Of a stretch of 64,000 nucleotides of DNA, positions 1 to 13,849 are shown piece after piece (the stretch's first letter is position 1; every line of letters begins with the position of its first letter). The notes beneath the pieces were generated by a model, which made no database searches, was not told where the DNA came from, and saw only the letters and a list, made by a program, of their open reading frames with translations. The position numbers and the translations under genes are program-made. Location: the NCBI RefSeq assembly GCF_016433145.1, contig NC_058133.1:186122141-186186140 (forward strand). The letters are read 5' to 3'. Origin of the DNA: Gracilinanus agilis (taxonomy: Eukaryota).

Positions 1-25
1 ATATATTTAGTTGTTACATATCCAT

Positions 26-260
26 ATATTGTTGTTTAGTCATTTTTCAGTTTTGCCTGACATGTCTTGATCTCATTTAGGGTTTTCTTGGCAAAGAACT
101 AGAATGGTTTGTCATTTCCTTCTCCAGGTCATTTTATAGATGAGGAAACTGAAGCAAACAGGGTTAAGTGACTTGTCCAGGGTCACATAGTCAGTAAGTG
201 TCTGAAACCAGATTTGAACTCAGAAAGAGAATCTTCGTAACTTTAGGGTCAGCACTCTAC
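26..260 (-). mobile_element. Marsupial CORE-SINE (MAR1/MIR family)
   Basis: Reverse-orientation CORE motif (gatgaggaaactgaagcaaacagggttaagtgacttgtccagggtcaca) and ttgtt-type tail. Confidence 0.85.
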
Positions 261-261
261 C

Positions 262-263
<2 letters not shown>

Positions 264-331
<68 letters not shown>
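264..331. repeat. (GA)n microsatellite
   Basis: About 34 perfect GA units visible. Confidence 0.98.
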
Positions 332-334
<3 letters not shown>

Positions 335-349
335 TCTGCATCATAACAA

Positions 350-1590
350 AGCATTCTATTGATCAGTCAAAAAGCAATTATTCAGTGCCTACTGAAAGCA
401 CTAGCTTAAGGGGATCAAGAAAGACTTGTAGAAAGTGGGCTTTTAACTGGGACTTGAAGGAGGTTAAAGAAGCCAAAAAGGAAGAGAATACCAGGAGTAA
501 GGACCAGTCAGCGAAGCTGCTTGGAGGTAGAGATGGTGTGTCAGAAGTGGTAGTAGGTGTAAGAAGAATGGAAAGATTGAAGGGAGACAGGTTATGAATA
601 GCTTTGAATGACAAAAGATTTATATTTGATGGAGGAGGCAATGAGAAGCCACTGGTATTTGTTGGAAAAGGTGGTGGGTGAGGGTTACATGTTCAGTCTT
701 TTGCTGTAGACAAGGTTACCACTTAGCTGGAAGCAACTAGAAAGTGTCACCCTGAAAGGCCAAAGTACTGAGTCCTCATGCCCTGAAGTACCCAAAAGTT
801 TCCAAGGAAGCTACTGGTACAGTCTTCCTGGGCTAGAATAGGCCAGTTTTACCTCCATTATATGAATAAAAAAGAAATATAAACTAACTATATGGAAATT
901 GGGGGAAGGATATATAAGGGAGAGACAAAAGTAGCTAGAGGTATCCTTTGCATTAGAGGTATCAAAAAAGGGTACCTGGAGGAGGTAGTACTTGAGCTGA
1001 GCCATAAGGGAAAATCAGGAATCTTAGAGTCAGAGGGATTCCAAGCATGGTAGAAAGTTACTTCAAAGGCACAAAGATTGGAGATAGAGTGTCATGTACA
1101 AGGAACCATCACAAGATCAGTTTGACTAGTTTGCATGGAGAGGAATAATGTGTAACAAGGCTAAGTAGTGGAGGGGCATGTTTTAAAAGGCATGAATTGC
1201 CAAAATAAGAAATTTGAGGTGTTTTTGTATTAAAATTGATAAGGAAATATTGGAGTCTAATGAGTAGAATGGTCAGACTTATGATTTAGAAAAAATCACT
1301 TAGGCAGAGATAAGTGGAAGGTGAATAGATTAGCATAGGGAAAAATTTGAGTCAGGGAAATTAATTAGTAAATTGCAATAATCCAGACCAGAGGTGCTGA
1401 GAACCTCAAGTAAGGTGCAAAAGAACAGAGAATGAAGTGAAAGAATATAGAGAGAAAAGAGGAAAGTCAGAACCTTTGGAGAATGCCTATGACATTCTCT
1501 AAGTGGGCGTGACAAGAGGGAAGATCCAAGAATGCAGACTGAGAAGGAGAAGTCTGACTGGTAGGAGGATATCCAGGAGAAAGGAGTAGA
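350..1590 (-). mobile_element. Degraded L2 LINE remnants
   Basis: L2-like tail in reverse (aagcaattattcagtgcctact) followed by purine-rich L2 3' body motifs (ggacttgaagga, gagctgagcc); fragmented. Confidence 0.6.
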
Positions 1591-4500
1591 GGGATTTTAT
1601 TTATCCAGACTCATGGGTAATTTACACTGATTACAAGTATCTGCATAACCTCCAGATTTCTACCACTAGCTGTTCAGTCTGTTAATTTCAGGACCTTGGA
1701 AAGCTCAGCTCTCATTGCCCTTATCCTGCTCAACAAAACCTGGAGTCAAATCTATCATTACTAATAAAATGAACACTAACCTTTGGTGAGGCTGCATAAA
1801 GATAACTGACATTTTCATTGAGCTTCACATACATTTTCAAATTTTAGCCTTATAACAATCCTTCAAAGTAGGTAGCACTATTATGCTATCCATTTCACAA
1901 ATAAGGAAACTGAGGCCCATAGAGGTTGAGTCTTCAGATCTCATCTCTGATCCTTACTGTCTGTGCTAAATGACTTGTCTCCAGCAAATCATTCTAGCCT
2001 CCCTAGGTTCAGTTTCCTCATCTGTAAAATGAGGGAGAGGGATTCTGAGGTTCCTTCCTTCTCTAAATCTATGATCTAATGATTTCCCATGATCAAATGA
2101 CTACTTAGTGTAAGAACCAGGAATCGAACACAACTCTTCCTAATTCCAAGCCCAGAACTTCATTGACCATATCATGATCCCACAATAACCAGGTGAAATT
2201 GACTAGGCACAAGCAGTGTTGACCAGGCACAATTCATAGCCTTCAATATGCTTAACTTGTTTTCCTGTTATTTGTCAAAGGAGTGCCAAATACTGGAAGA
2301 TTAGAGAAAATCCTTTCTCATCTTTTCAAAGGTCATGGCATGATATCATTATGAAGAGATGCATGCATTCAGCTCTGGAGAGCACCAATTCTGTGTAAGC
2401 CAATGTTCTCCTCCACTGGAGGAAACAAGGCGGATGGGATGGACTTGGAGTTTTGTTTTTGTTTTGTTTTCTTTCTTTACTTAAGCAGAAAGGAATCCCC
2501 AGAAGATAGTTTGTCTTCAACAGTTCTCAAGTAGATACAAGCTTCCTCTTTTATGGGAAATAGAAGCCTTCCCCATGGTCATAGGAAAAGGTCAGTTTTG
2601 ACATCTACCCAGGCACTCGTATCTATCTGCATGTAGGTTGATCCACATCTGATGCATAGACAGGCAGGTTACTTTGTTCACCCTGGTTCTCAGGAGATGT
2701 GGAGAGAATCGATCACTTGTGACTTTTTTAATGTTAGATTAGCAAGATCTAGGAAAAACTTCAACCTCAATGAATGTTTATGAATGCCAGAGAAACGTCA
2801 ATATTTCAGACTCTCTGATAAAATATTTAATTTAGAGCTGGAAGGAACCTTATAAATCAACTACTCCAAACACCTTCCCCTTTTACAATCATTCCCCATC
2901 TAAACAGGAAGAATCTAAGTCAGAGAAAGATGAAGGAACTTGTCCAAGGTCACACAGGTAGTAAGCAAGCCTGGGATCCAACACTCTGATCCCAACTACT
3001 CGTTTTTATTGGCCTCCAGCCCATTGCTTATGCCAACCAAAAGTCTATTCATAATACTTCCCTTCGGAAGTAATCTTTGCTTCATTTTCAAGGTTCCTCT
3101 TGCTTCTAGAAACATTTCTGTTTCTGCTGATCTAACTCTTTTCTTAGCTCTGACTTTCTGCCCTACCTTTGACCATTAACTTTTGCATACTCTGTGACTC
3201 TTCATTATTTATTCAGATTTGACCTTAGGTTTCATCTTTGACCCACCAGTTTCTACATTCTCTCTGGTTTCACATAGTCAGCTCAACAAAACCCTGCATT
3301 TAATTTTCAAACTTAGCCTTGGCCCTGTTCCCCCATCAACCAGTGCTACAACCTTGATCAATCTCAGCCCATGCCTGGTCTCATAAAGATACAGTCCTCA
3401 GGGAGGGCCATGAACTCATGCACATCCAAAGAGAGTTATTTAGCAAATTGTTCTTCCGATGCAGAAACTCTGCAGAGTGAGTGGCCTCCCAAAGTACACA
3501 CCTATCAACCTTTCAGTAACAACATCTCTTGATTTGCATGGCAAATCCAAGCTGAAATTTCTACCAGCAGTGTCTGCATAGCCACAAAAGAGATGTGGGA
3601 GACAGGTGGTCACCACAGAACTTAGAAACAACTTCCTATGAGAAACACATGAGCTACATGACTGGCTTTGCTGTGGAAAGAATATCTCATCCAGGCCTGA
3701 AGTGCTCATATCCTGATATGAAAATATTATATCCTGTATCTGGCATTCTTCTTGTAATACTTCTGCTAATATTTCTGGCTACATAGAGTCTGCCTATTAA
3801 TGGACAAGAAGGGGAGACCCCACTGACCCAATGAGACTAGGAAGGAAACTATCTGTTCACATTAATCAATACAACATGCTCTGGGTCATTAAGAACCATT
3901 GGTGATAAATATTATAAAACGCTATTGGTTTAATTTGTACACCTTTGTGTTTGGGGGTGATTGCAATCTACAAGCCCACCAGCTGTAGTAGGTCTAGATC
4001 TGTGTAGGTAAACCTATGGCAAGCATATCATAGGGGTTGCTCCCTTTCGCCTCTCCATGCATGCCTGAGGACATTTCTTATATCACCTACTCCTCTGCCC
4101 AGCAACCCAATGGGACTGCTTCCTCCCCTGTCTGGTATGAGGCAGGGGGCTCACATACGGCATGAGGATTGTAGTTTGGGCACTTGGTCTCTAAAAGGTT
4201 TGCCATCACTGTCCTAGATCTTCCCTAAATATTGTACATAATTTAAGAAATGTCTGACAATTGTGCTGAATGGATTATGTGGGACTTTTGTAACACTGAG
4301 GAGGATATTAAAAGCTGAGCCACGTGGAATCTGTTGAGACTCTCTAAAAAAGAGAGTCTAAGAAGGTACTTGAGAGAACAATGCTTCCACCTCTCTGGGA
4401 CCCAGAGAACGCTCCAGACCTGGGAGTATGAACAAACGCAGAAAATGCATTCTAGGTGACTTGATGAAGACAATAAGTATTTAAAGGGGAAGAGTGATAG

Positions 4501-5709
4501 TTCCAAATAAATGAAATCTATCTCCTCCCTTCCCTAATTTATGAAGCATTGGATCATATGTGGGGCTCAGTACTGAGAAACTTGACACTTGGGGATGATG
4601 GAGCAAATGTTCAGTGGTCTCCCAGCATCTTTCTCCCCACTAGTTAACCTAGGACTGCATCAGTTTAAAAATACACTTAGCATCTTCACTTGCTCTAGGA
4701 TATGTGGCATATAATCCTATCTCTGCCTCTATCTCTGTCTGACCCAGACAAATCTCTGACCAGTCTTTCTGCTTGATGTTTCCCTGAGCAGAGGTGAGTA
4801 AACAGTGATACTGAGATCAACTGACTTGAAAGCATCCTGGAGAGGTTGGAAGATCATGAGTTCCTGGTCACTCAGAGCTGACTGGGTGCAGAAGGGGTTC
4901 CTGCATCCAAGAGAATGACCACCATGAGGGGAATAAGGGAAAGAATTATAGTCAATGCTCTCATAAATTGTTATATATTTCAAGGAGTCACATTGATCAT
5001 TCTCCTACTTCTAGGCAGGAGTCCAATTAAGTTATTGCAACATGTCCTTTTTTTTAAAGACCCCCAGAGAAGCTTTCAAATGAATCTTTCATTCTAAGAT
5101 CTATACTACCCCCCTAAAAATGTACCTAAAGTCACAAAGCATGATCTTTCCCAGAATCATGTCTCTTAAAAGAATAAGCAAGGAATGTGTTGAAATCTGA
5201 GCCATTTCAGTAATTCAGTAGATGTTTAAAGGTAACCCAAGCTAACTATTACAGTTGTCAGATTGCCTCTGGCATCTGGAGATTCTGCCTAATTTGCTAA
5301 ATTGAGAGTGCTAATGGCTTTTTGTCACTGAACATCACTGTTTTGTGGTTATTTACAAAATTTGAAGCACACCACATGAGCAGGATGTGCAGAATTACAT
5401 AAAATTCCACAGGCAAGTTGGAAGAATTGAATCAAGTGAAAACATCCTCTTATAACAAAGTCATAGAACTGGAATTGGAAAGTACCATTTAGTCCTACTC
5501 TCTCACTTTACTGGTGAAGAACCATGGCTCAGGAAAGTTAGGTAACTTGCCAAACAGGTGGTATCAGAAGTGGGTTTTATATAAAGGTACCAATTTGTAT
5601 CAAGGACTCCAGAATCAGTCAGCTACCCTTTTTAGCTAGAATTTATGTAGTATTTTTAGGTTTGCAAAGTGCTTCACATACGTTAAGTCATTTGATCTTC
5701 ACAACACCT

Positions 5710-6642
5710 TGTAAGAAAGGGGGTGAGAGAGTGATGGGGTGTGGTATGGTAACCCCCTGGTTGATAAATAATCTCCACAACCACCCTCTCCTTACTAGGG
5801 AGACAAAATGGGGGTTTCTAGAAATTGAGGTTCCCCTTGATGGTCATGCCAGGGTTAGGAAGTTAGAGGATGGTGTTCTCTATAAAGGGAAACAAGCGCG
5901 ACCCCAACAAGTTGTTCACGCAGGGCTGTACCCACAGAAGCCTCCCCAACCCCCAGCTGGGTCTGGTTTAAAATGAAGTATTGTTTTCCTTCCTCCCCCA
6001 ACCCACACGTTCTGTCTCCCTCCCAATCTCAATTGCACAGATCTGACTACAATGAAAATTAGAGGGTTTATTCAAGAACAACTAATTGAGGAACTGAATG
6101 AAGATGGTGTCAGGGAAAGGGGATATAGGTGATCCCCTAAGATCCTCCTTTCGGTCAGTCACTAGTCAAGGCAGTAGCAGAGATTCTTCTGCATTCCCCA
6201 AAAATCCCAACTTCTCTGACCTGATCCCCAAGTACTACTCTTACATCTAGAAATATTGCTAACTAATAAGGGAATATAGCCAGGCAATGTGAAAGGCAAG
6301 ATTTGTGAGCCCCCAGGGGCTGGCTCCCCATATAAGTCCAGACCTCCTTGGCCAAAAGTGAAGAAAAGGTTGTTCAATATTCTCTACTGTGTTCAGGAAC
6401 TGATAGAGATCAAGTAGAAGGGTTAGTCTTCACTGAAGGTCCCAGGAAACTCTTCAGATTCGATTTGAAGGTGCTGCAGCCCCAAAATTCACTCCTCCCA
6501 CCTTGGCTCTCCCCAAAGTTACCCAAGAAATCCACTGCTTCCCTTCCCAGAAGTCCTTGCAAGCAGACCAACTGTCATACTCTCCCTCTCCTCAGAGGTC
6601 CATCTCTCAATTCCAAAATGTAGGCTTGCCTAGACTCTTACA
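5710..6642 (-). mobile_element. Solo LTR (ERV1-like) inserted into a MIR
   Basis: TGTAAGA...TCTTACA termini; 4-bp TSD acct/agct (1 mismatch); MIR halves on both sides; AATAAA on minus strand near 6065. Confidence 0.75.
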
Positions 6643-7894
6643 AGCTTTGGGAGGTAGGTGTTATTATGATCATACCATTTTATACATGAGGAAACTGAGA
6701 CTGAGAAAAGCTAAATGACTTGTCCAGGGTCACATATCTAGTTGGTGTTTGAGGTAGGATTTGAACTTGAATTCCTTACTTCAGGCTGCCTCCACTCCTT
6801 CCACTATATCATAAAATATATCCTGGCCATGTCCAGATGGCAGAAGTTACTTAAGTCGTTACTTTCATTTCCTCCATGGGAAATCAGGAAAGGAAGGAGA
6901 TTCAGAGAACATATTTCTAGAGTGTGGTAGATGCTGGGAGAGGTGATATAGGGAGTAGGAATACAAAGTTGGTGGGCAGATGTTGGTAAAGTTTTACCTG
7001 AATGCCCAAGATCAAATCATGCTACCTAGTTGCCTCCCTCTCCTCCTGTCAACTGCCAGCTTTCCATGGCATTTTACTAACAGAATGTTGATGTTCAAGG
7101 AAACAGATGTTTAGTTCCACTCTGTTTTCTTGTCTCCACATCCATTTCCTGCCCAATGATAATAACAGCTGACAGCTCCAGTCAGAATGGCAGCTTGTCT
7201 ACCTGCCTGTACCTGCCCACTTGCCTTTCTATCTGTTCATTGCAACTGTTTGTGTGATTTCTGCACTGCCATTTCTGGTTTTATAAAAGATCGTAATTCA
7301 TTTGTTGCAAAATATCACTCACAACATCTTAGCATAATGTCACCCCTTATAAGCAAGCACCCTCTCCTCTCCTCAGAATTCAAACAAACATCAGCCAATT
7401 CTGAAAGGCACAAGAGAAGCTGAAAAACGTACCCATATCTTGACTAGAATTATTTGGATTAGTAGGGAATAGAGATAGGGCCAGAAACCAGACTTGGAGA
7501 AATGGGATCAAGGATCAAGCTTGTGGGAGAGGAGGAGGTATGAGAATGGTCTGGACAGGACCCAGAATTCCATGGCCAAAATAAAAGCAGAGATGTGGAA
7601 TCAGGTAAACATTTCAAAGTGTAGACAGATATATATGTCAAAGGTGAGATTTTTGATAACAGGTTGCATCTGGATAGGTATTATTCAGGGCATATATTAA
7701 TAGTGCGACTAAGTACAAACTTTACAGTCTAGTAAAGGGAATAAGATATGCACAGGCAACCTGAGTGTAGTGGAGAAAACTTTGAACTTGGAATCCAAAA
7801 GAGCTGGGTTTAAGTCATACTTTTGATGATCATTGGTTGCGTAACAATGGGTGAGATATTCGATCACCCTCAGTCTCAGTTTCCTCCGGTACTA

Positions 7895-8799
7895 TGTTAT
7901 GCTGGTGGTAAAGTTCCTACTAGGGGGTCTTGGAGCCAATAACTAGTCTAGCAGGACATTGGGGTTGGATGTTATCAAGGTTGAGCAACCTCAGCTGGAA
8001 ATGAACTTGGTATAGGTATGAATTCAAACCCTGGAAGCTAAGTGCCCAGTGAATCTTCATTGCTAGCTGTTAGGCTCCTTTAAGATGTCTGGTAGGCGGT
8101 CCCACCCTGCTGGGGTAACTGCCTCTTATTGGATGATGGCAGACCAGCAAGAAGTCTGGACTTGAACTTCCTGGTCAGCAATGGAGGTTAGGTTCAACCT
8201 CAACTAAACCTCAAACTGCTCAGTATTCTCTCCTCTTCCCTAATCTCCTTAGCCTTGGTGGTATAGGAATAATCACAAGATTCTCTGATTAAAGGCTAAG
8301 GGATTTATTGAAACTGGGGAAGGAATGGCCAAGGTAAGAGGGCTTTGGTGTTACTAAGTTGTTGCTATGGTCCTAAGAAGGTCTTGGCAGGCCAAGGGCT
8401 GGCTGCCCTCGGCCAGAGCTAAATGGTCTCTGGTTAGAAATTAATTTGATCCACTAGCTAATCAGTTGTAAAGGAAATTGATATTTGTTGAATTGCTCTT
8501 AAGGAAGGTCCTAAGATCTAGGCTATCCTAATTTCCTACTCATGATTTCACCACCCTTCACCACCTTTCACCACCCTTCACCACCCTGGGCCCCAGGGGG
8601 AAGGTCAGGGGTAAGTAGGTGATCAGGGTGAAGTCAGGGAAAAACAGAACCCAGGCTTGGGTTTGCAGGGGCTTTTATAGTCTCAACCCAACTGCCAGTT
8701 AGCACCTGCCCCATGGCGCATGCCATCCTCAAGATTCCATCCAGGGTAACTGACAGCCTAGCCTAAGCTAATATTGCAATGCAAAAACCCTGCATTACA
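7895..8799 (-). mobile_element. Solo LTR (ERV1-like)
   Basis: TG...CA termini; perfect 4-bp TSD acta (7891-7894, 8800-8803); minus-strand TATAAAA near 8675 and AATAAA near 8305; internal 10-bp tandem repeat (ttcaccaccc) x4. Confidence 0.85.
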
Positions 8800-10260
8800 A
8801 CTATTAATTTATATGAACTGGACCTCTGGTTTTATCGGTGTAAGGAACTGTCACATTGGTTCTAAGTTAACATTATTAATATATAATAAATTAACTATAC
8901 TTCCAGTTAGAAAATAATTAGATATATGTAGAAGAGGTCAGATCAAATGGTGTGAAAATTCAAGGAGGAAGGGATGACCACTAACTGAGAGAGTCAGAAG
9001 ATATAAAGCCTCATGATGAAATCCCACTGGAAAATCAACCAGAAGCTTGTATCTACTGACTGATTGTTAATAAGAAGAGGCCTGATGGGGGCTCATGAAC
9101 TGTAGTTTTAGGAGAAGGTATCTATAGGATATTCCTTTTGGAGTCAATTTAAATTATATCCCTAGTAACCTAAAAACTAACCTGAAAATTCATGCATGAA
9201 AACTTGGAGGAGTTGCTATAGGAAATACTCCAGAGGGAATACTACAGAAATAAGAGAAATTCAGTTTCTTAAAAAGGCTTCTTTCTTTTTCCCCCTTTAA
9301 CAAAGTATATAAATTTATTGATAAATTCATGATTAAAAGACAAAATCTTAATATGTAGAAGAAATAAACTCAGTTCATGGCAACATATATTTCATATGCT
9401 TATGTCACATTTTAACATGTGTTGAGTTATTCATGTCAGTGTCTATCCCTCTACCTGATTTTAAGTTCCTTGAAGGCAAAGCTGCTTATTTTTCCCGTTT
9501 ATCTCCCTAACACCTAGAAGAGTGCCTATGTGAAATGAATTTTCTGAATTATAATTGACATTATGAGGATCAAAGAGAATGGGATACATAATTCACTGCT
9601 GCCTACTATTGCACCATTGGACAGAGAAATGTTAAAAATATACTGAGACGGGCCCTTGAGAAGCCTGGCTAATGGGGCATATTATTCCTTTTAGATCTCC
9701 AGGTAAAGGGCTGTGGTTACAAAGCTAAAAGGTCAAGAGCTATGTTCTCCAACACCTGATGTTGGAGGCGGGCTGACAGACACACTCTGCCATCATGGAC
9801 AATTATAACAGTTAAGAGCACAGGTTCCCTCGGGCCTGCTGCATGCCGACCTGACATTTCTTCTCCAATTGCCAAATGAGCCTTGCTTTTTACATCTCTT
9901 TCAGGACTTGACTAATCTTTCCTAGTTACAGTTCTGACATTTTAGGGAAGGGAGTCCCTAGATTCTTATTTAAACTGGGATCTCTTGGACGAGCTCACTT
10001 CAGAAAAGGGTCTAAGTCCCACATAAAACTTTGTTTTCTAGGGTTACTTCCATTTGGAAGTTTCTCACATCCCATCAAGCTGGTGGCTCTGTACTTCCTG
10101 TTACCGTATCTACCTATGACAGTGGGGTTGGGCAAAGCATGTAAGGTCATTAAGGGCAGGGATCTAACCACATTAATTTATTCAATAGAATAATAGCTAG
10201 CATATTGAGTTTTCCCTTTCCTAAACTAATGTTACTGTAATATTATTTATAGCCATATCT

Positions 10261-10500
10261 AGGGATAGTTAGGTGGCACAGAGCACCAAGCCTGAAATCA
10301 GGAAGACCTACATTCAAATCTGACCTTAGACACTTTCCATCTGTGTGACAACGGGCAAGTTACTTAGCCCTGTTTGCCTCAGTTTCCTTTTCTATAAAAT
10401 AACTGGAGAAGAAAATGAGAAGCTGCTCTAGTATCTCTGTCAAGAAAACTCCAAAAGGGTCATGAATAGTCAAACATGACTAAAAACGACTCAACAACAA
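10261..10500 (+). mobile_element. Marsupial CORE-SINE (MAR1-like)
   Basis: tRNA-like head, CORE block, caagaaaactccaaaagggtc... body, caacaacaa tail. Confidence 0.85.
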
Positions 10501-13059
10501 CTGGATATACTTTCATGCTTAATTGTTAACCATGAGCTCATTCATGTGGGTATTTTCAGTGGCACCCCCCTCCATGCCTTCTTAACCAGAATAATTCTTT
10601 TCCCTGTCCTCTTTTAATGTCATACTGATTTAGTCCTCTAGACATTTTCCTATTTAGGTGTTGCCAGTGCTAAACAGTAGGGCTGTCCATCTGTTGTCCC
10701 TGTTTGTGCTAGATGACCATTCCACTTTCTTTTCCTTTGCAAATCTTGATATCATATACATATGCCTCTTCTTTAATGTAGGTCATTGTTGATCTGTTGC
10801 AGTGTACTACCATACAGTTTCTCATTTTCCTTTCGATCACCTGCAGTTGTGATTCTTTTGAAATAATGATGTTCCTTAACTTGTAAGCATGACAGAGGCA
10901 ATACTCATGAGATGTTTTTGTTATCCATTTTATTATCATAAACTTGGAAAACATGAAAAATTCTTTACAGAGAATAGAAAAAGAAGACTGAATGTGAAAC
11001 TATGAATCACTACACAGCTTATTTTTGTTAAGTACATTTTTAACATGTCAGTTCCATAGTTGTTAAAGTCATCTCCTTCCTTTCTCTTCTAATTTGATCT
11101 TTAGAATCTAGGCCAAATATCCATTGAAGTATAAGCATGGCATCAAAACCACGCCATCTTATTTTAGCCTTTATACCTTAACTAGATAAAGACTTGTTTC
11201 AATCAATCAATCATAGGCTTTGGACTAAATACTAAAAGGCTTTTGAACTGATTGTGGGGGGGAAATGGTCATGACTCAGAGATCAGCTATAAATTATCAA
11301 GAGAGTTAAGAAGGGATTAAATTCTAAAAAGTACAGCAATTGTGGCTCTCCAGCACATCCCCAAGAAAGTACTGCCTAGCAAGAAGGAAAGACCTCAATT
11401 TTTATTTGACTAGAACTCTTTCTTTATCCATCTCCTAAGCCAGAGAATGGCCTTGCAAATGTCAAATTGTCCAAAGATTGTGGGATCTACAATCTTATAC
11501 ATCTTTATCTCCAAGCTTCCTTGGATTCCTTTTAGTCTCAAATAAAGCCCCATTATCTACAAGACTTTCCCATTTTCATTAATCTTCTTGCCTTCCCTCT
11601 AAAACTATACCGAATTTAGCCTGTATATATCATGTTTGTACATAGTAGTTTGGATATTGTCTTGACCATTAAACAAGTCTTTGAGAGCAGAGATTGGGAT
11701 TTTTTTGTCTTTTTTTTTGTATCTCAGCATTTACTCAATTCCTGGTATTTAGTATGAGCTTAATAAATGCTAGTTGAATGACTTTTCAGCATAGTAGACT
11801 CTTCTAGAGCTTACATTCCTTTGCCATAGATGTCATGAAACCAGAACCACCTCTGCTTATATAAACACATCAGAGAATTTTTGTGGATCACATCTTTACC
11901 ATTTCACAATTGACCCCAAAATTCAGAGAATATTTGATCTGTAATATAAAATAACTCCCTGATTATAATCAAGTGAGAGGTAGAGATGTATCCATTGAAA
12001 AGGTGGAGGAGATCCATTTCAGAATCCAAATTAAAGAGGAATTCCTTGTGGGTAGTAAAGCCTTCTAGATTCTCTGATGAGAAAATAACATTTTTTCTAA
12101 ATACATCAAACCCCTAAACATTACAGAGCCTTTAGGAAGAAGTCTGAAATAACTCAAAGGAGTCTGACCTGCTCAACCAAACAAGAAAGGTACAATGCAT
12201 GAAGAATCTTTCTTGCCCAGATTTTAACCTTCATCTGAATGGACATCCTATAAAGTGTGTTTTTATACATATCTGTGTAAATATGTGTGTTATCAGAAAG
12301 TCATTTTACAGGATTGTCTCTGTTGTTATATCTTCCAAGGAATCCTATCTTTATATGTGGATGGAAGACACTTCATAGATCTACAATACAGGTATATAAT
12401 ATGGTCATCTTAGAGTTGAAAACAAGGAGAGTGAGTTGGATTGCTCCAGGGAAATTGCAAAGCATCTTTATTGAACCCAAGCTTCCCATTACAACAGAAG
12501 AGTATAAAAGTAACATTTTATCATCTCAACATAAACATTTTTTCAGTATTGCAATATAGCTATGAGATATGGAACATCATTGATTTTGAAGAACAACTGG
12601 CCTGTGGCATAGTAAATAGATTTCTGATCCTAGAGTAAGAAAGACCTAAGTTCAAATTCTAATTTAGATATTTAATAGCTATGTGACCCTAAGCAGATCA
12701 CTTAATTTCTGTTTGCCTCAGTTTCCTGAGTTATAAAATGGGGAAATAATAGTGCATAACTCACAGATATTAATAAAAGCATATAGCACAGTGGTAACTA
12801 ACTGCATAAATGCTTATCCCCTCTCTCCTCCCTTCTGAAGAACTAGAGATGAGTGTCACACAGAGGGAAAAGAAGAATGTATGAGAAATGCTAGCAGGCT
12901 ACAACTAATCATGTATTCTGAAGAACAATGATGAAGGACATCATCAAGGAATTATATTAAGAGGAGAGGAGCTGGACAGGAACAAGAGCAAGGGATGAAA
13001 GGAGGGCAGCCAAAGTGCCCTATTGATACCCTCACAATAGCAAAAGAAAATGAGTCTAT

Positions 13060-13390
13060 TATCAGCAAAACAAGGTTCCAAGGTAACCTGAAGGGACTCA
13101 TGATAAAAAATGCTATCCATTGCCAAAGGGGTCATTGTTGGAATCTGATTGTCAATCAAAGCATGTCATTGTTTCCTTTATTTCCTTCATGAGTTTTTTT
13201 ATTGTATGTGTAATATGTCTCTTCTGTCATGGCATGAGGAATATGGAAATCTGCTTTGCATGAATGCCCTGGTAAAACCTATATCAGACTATTTATGACC
13301 TCAGGATGGTAAGGAGGGAGAGAGGGAGAATATCACAAAATATCAGAAAACAATTGTCAAAAATTGTTTCTGCTTGTAATTGAAAAAAAA
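13060..13390 (+). mobile_element. Old L1 3' fragment
   Basis: ggactcatgataaaaaatgctatccat and aaatatcagaaaacaattgtcaaaa marsupial L1 3' motifs. Confidence 0.7.
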
Positions 13391-13849
13391 GGGAAGACCT
13401 TAGCACTTTGAATGGATATGTAACAAATTTTGGGGAAGAGATGGATGAAAGCCACATAGTATAGAGAGGCATAAATGTGTTGCAATCTGTATCATTTAAA
13501 AGAACTTTTGTACCTAGGCTAACAGATCCATTTGAGAATGTATATGTTAAGTATTCATTTCACTTAAATTATTAGTTTAATTGACATATAACTAGGCAAA
13601 ATCATTTCTAATAATTTCATTTATTTGATGTGAATTTTCTTTTACTTTTTACTTTGACAATTTGGAATTTGCTTGTTTTTTGTCAGATGAGTTAATAGTT
13701 TTTTATTTTTGGTAGATTTTTTTAAACATAGCTCCTATTTTATCAATTCAGTCATTACAAGGAGAGGTTTACTTTTGTCTAATTTCTTTTTCCTCTATAG
13801 TACTTCATTTATTGATCCCATGAATTCAATTATTATCTATATCTGATGG

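Noticed and set aside
2332-10141. Plus-strand phase-2 exon chain (about 2332-2394, 3444-3476, 10042-10140)
   Set aside because: The joined peptide is not protein-like or recognisable, and such chance chains are expected in this much unique DNA
10782-10882. TCSCDSFE, resembling IL21 TCPSCDSYE
   Set aside because: Similarity limited to a few residues; flanking sequence unrelated
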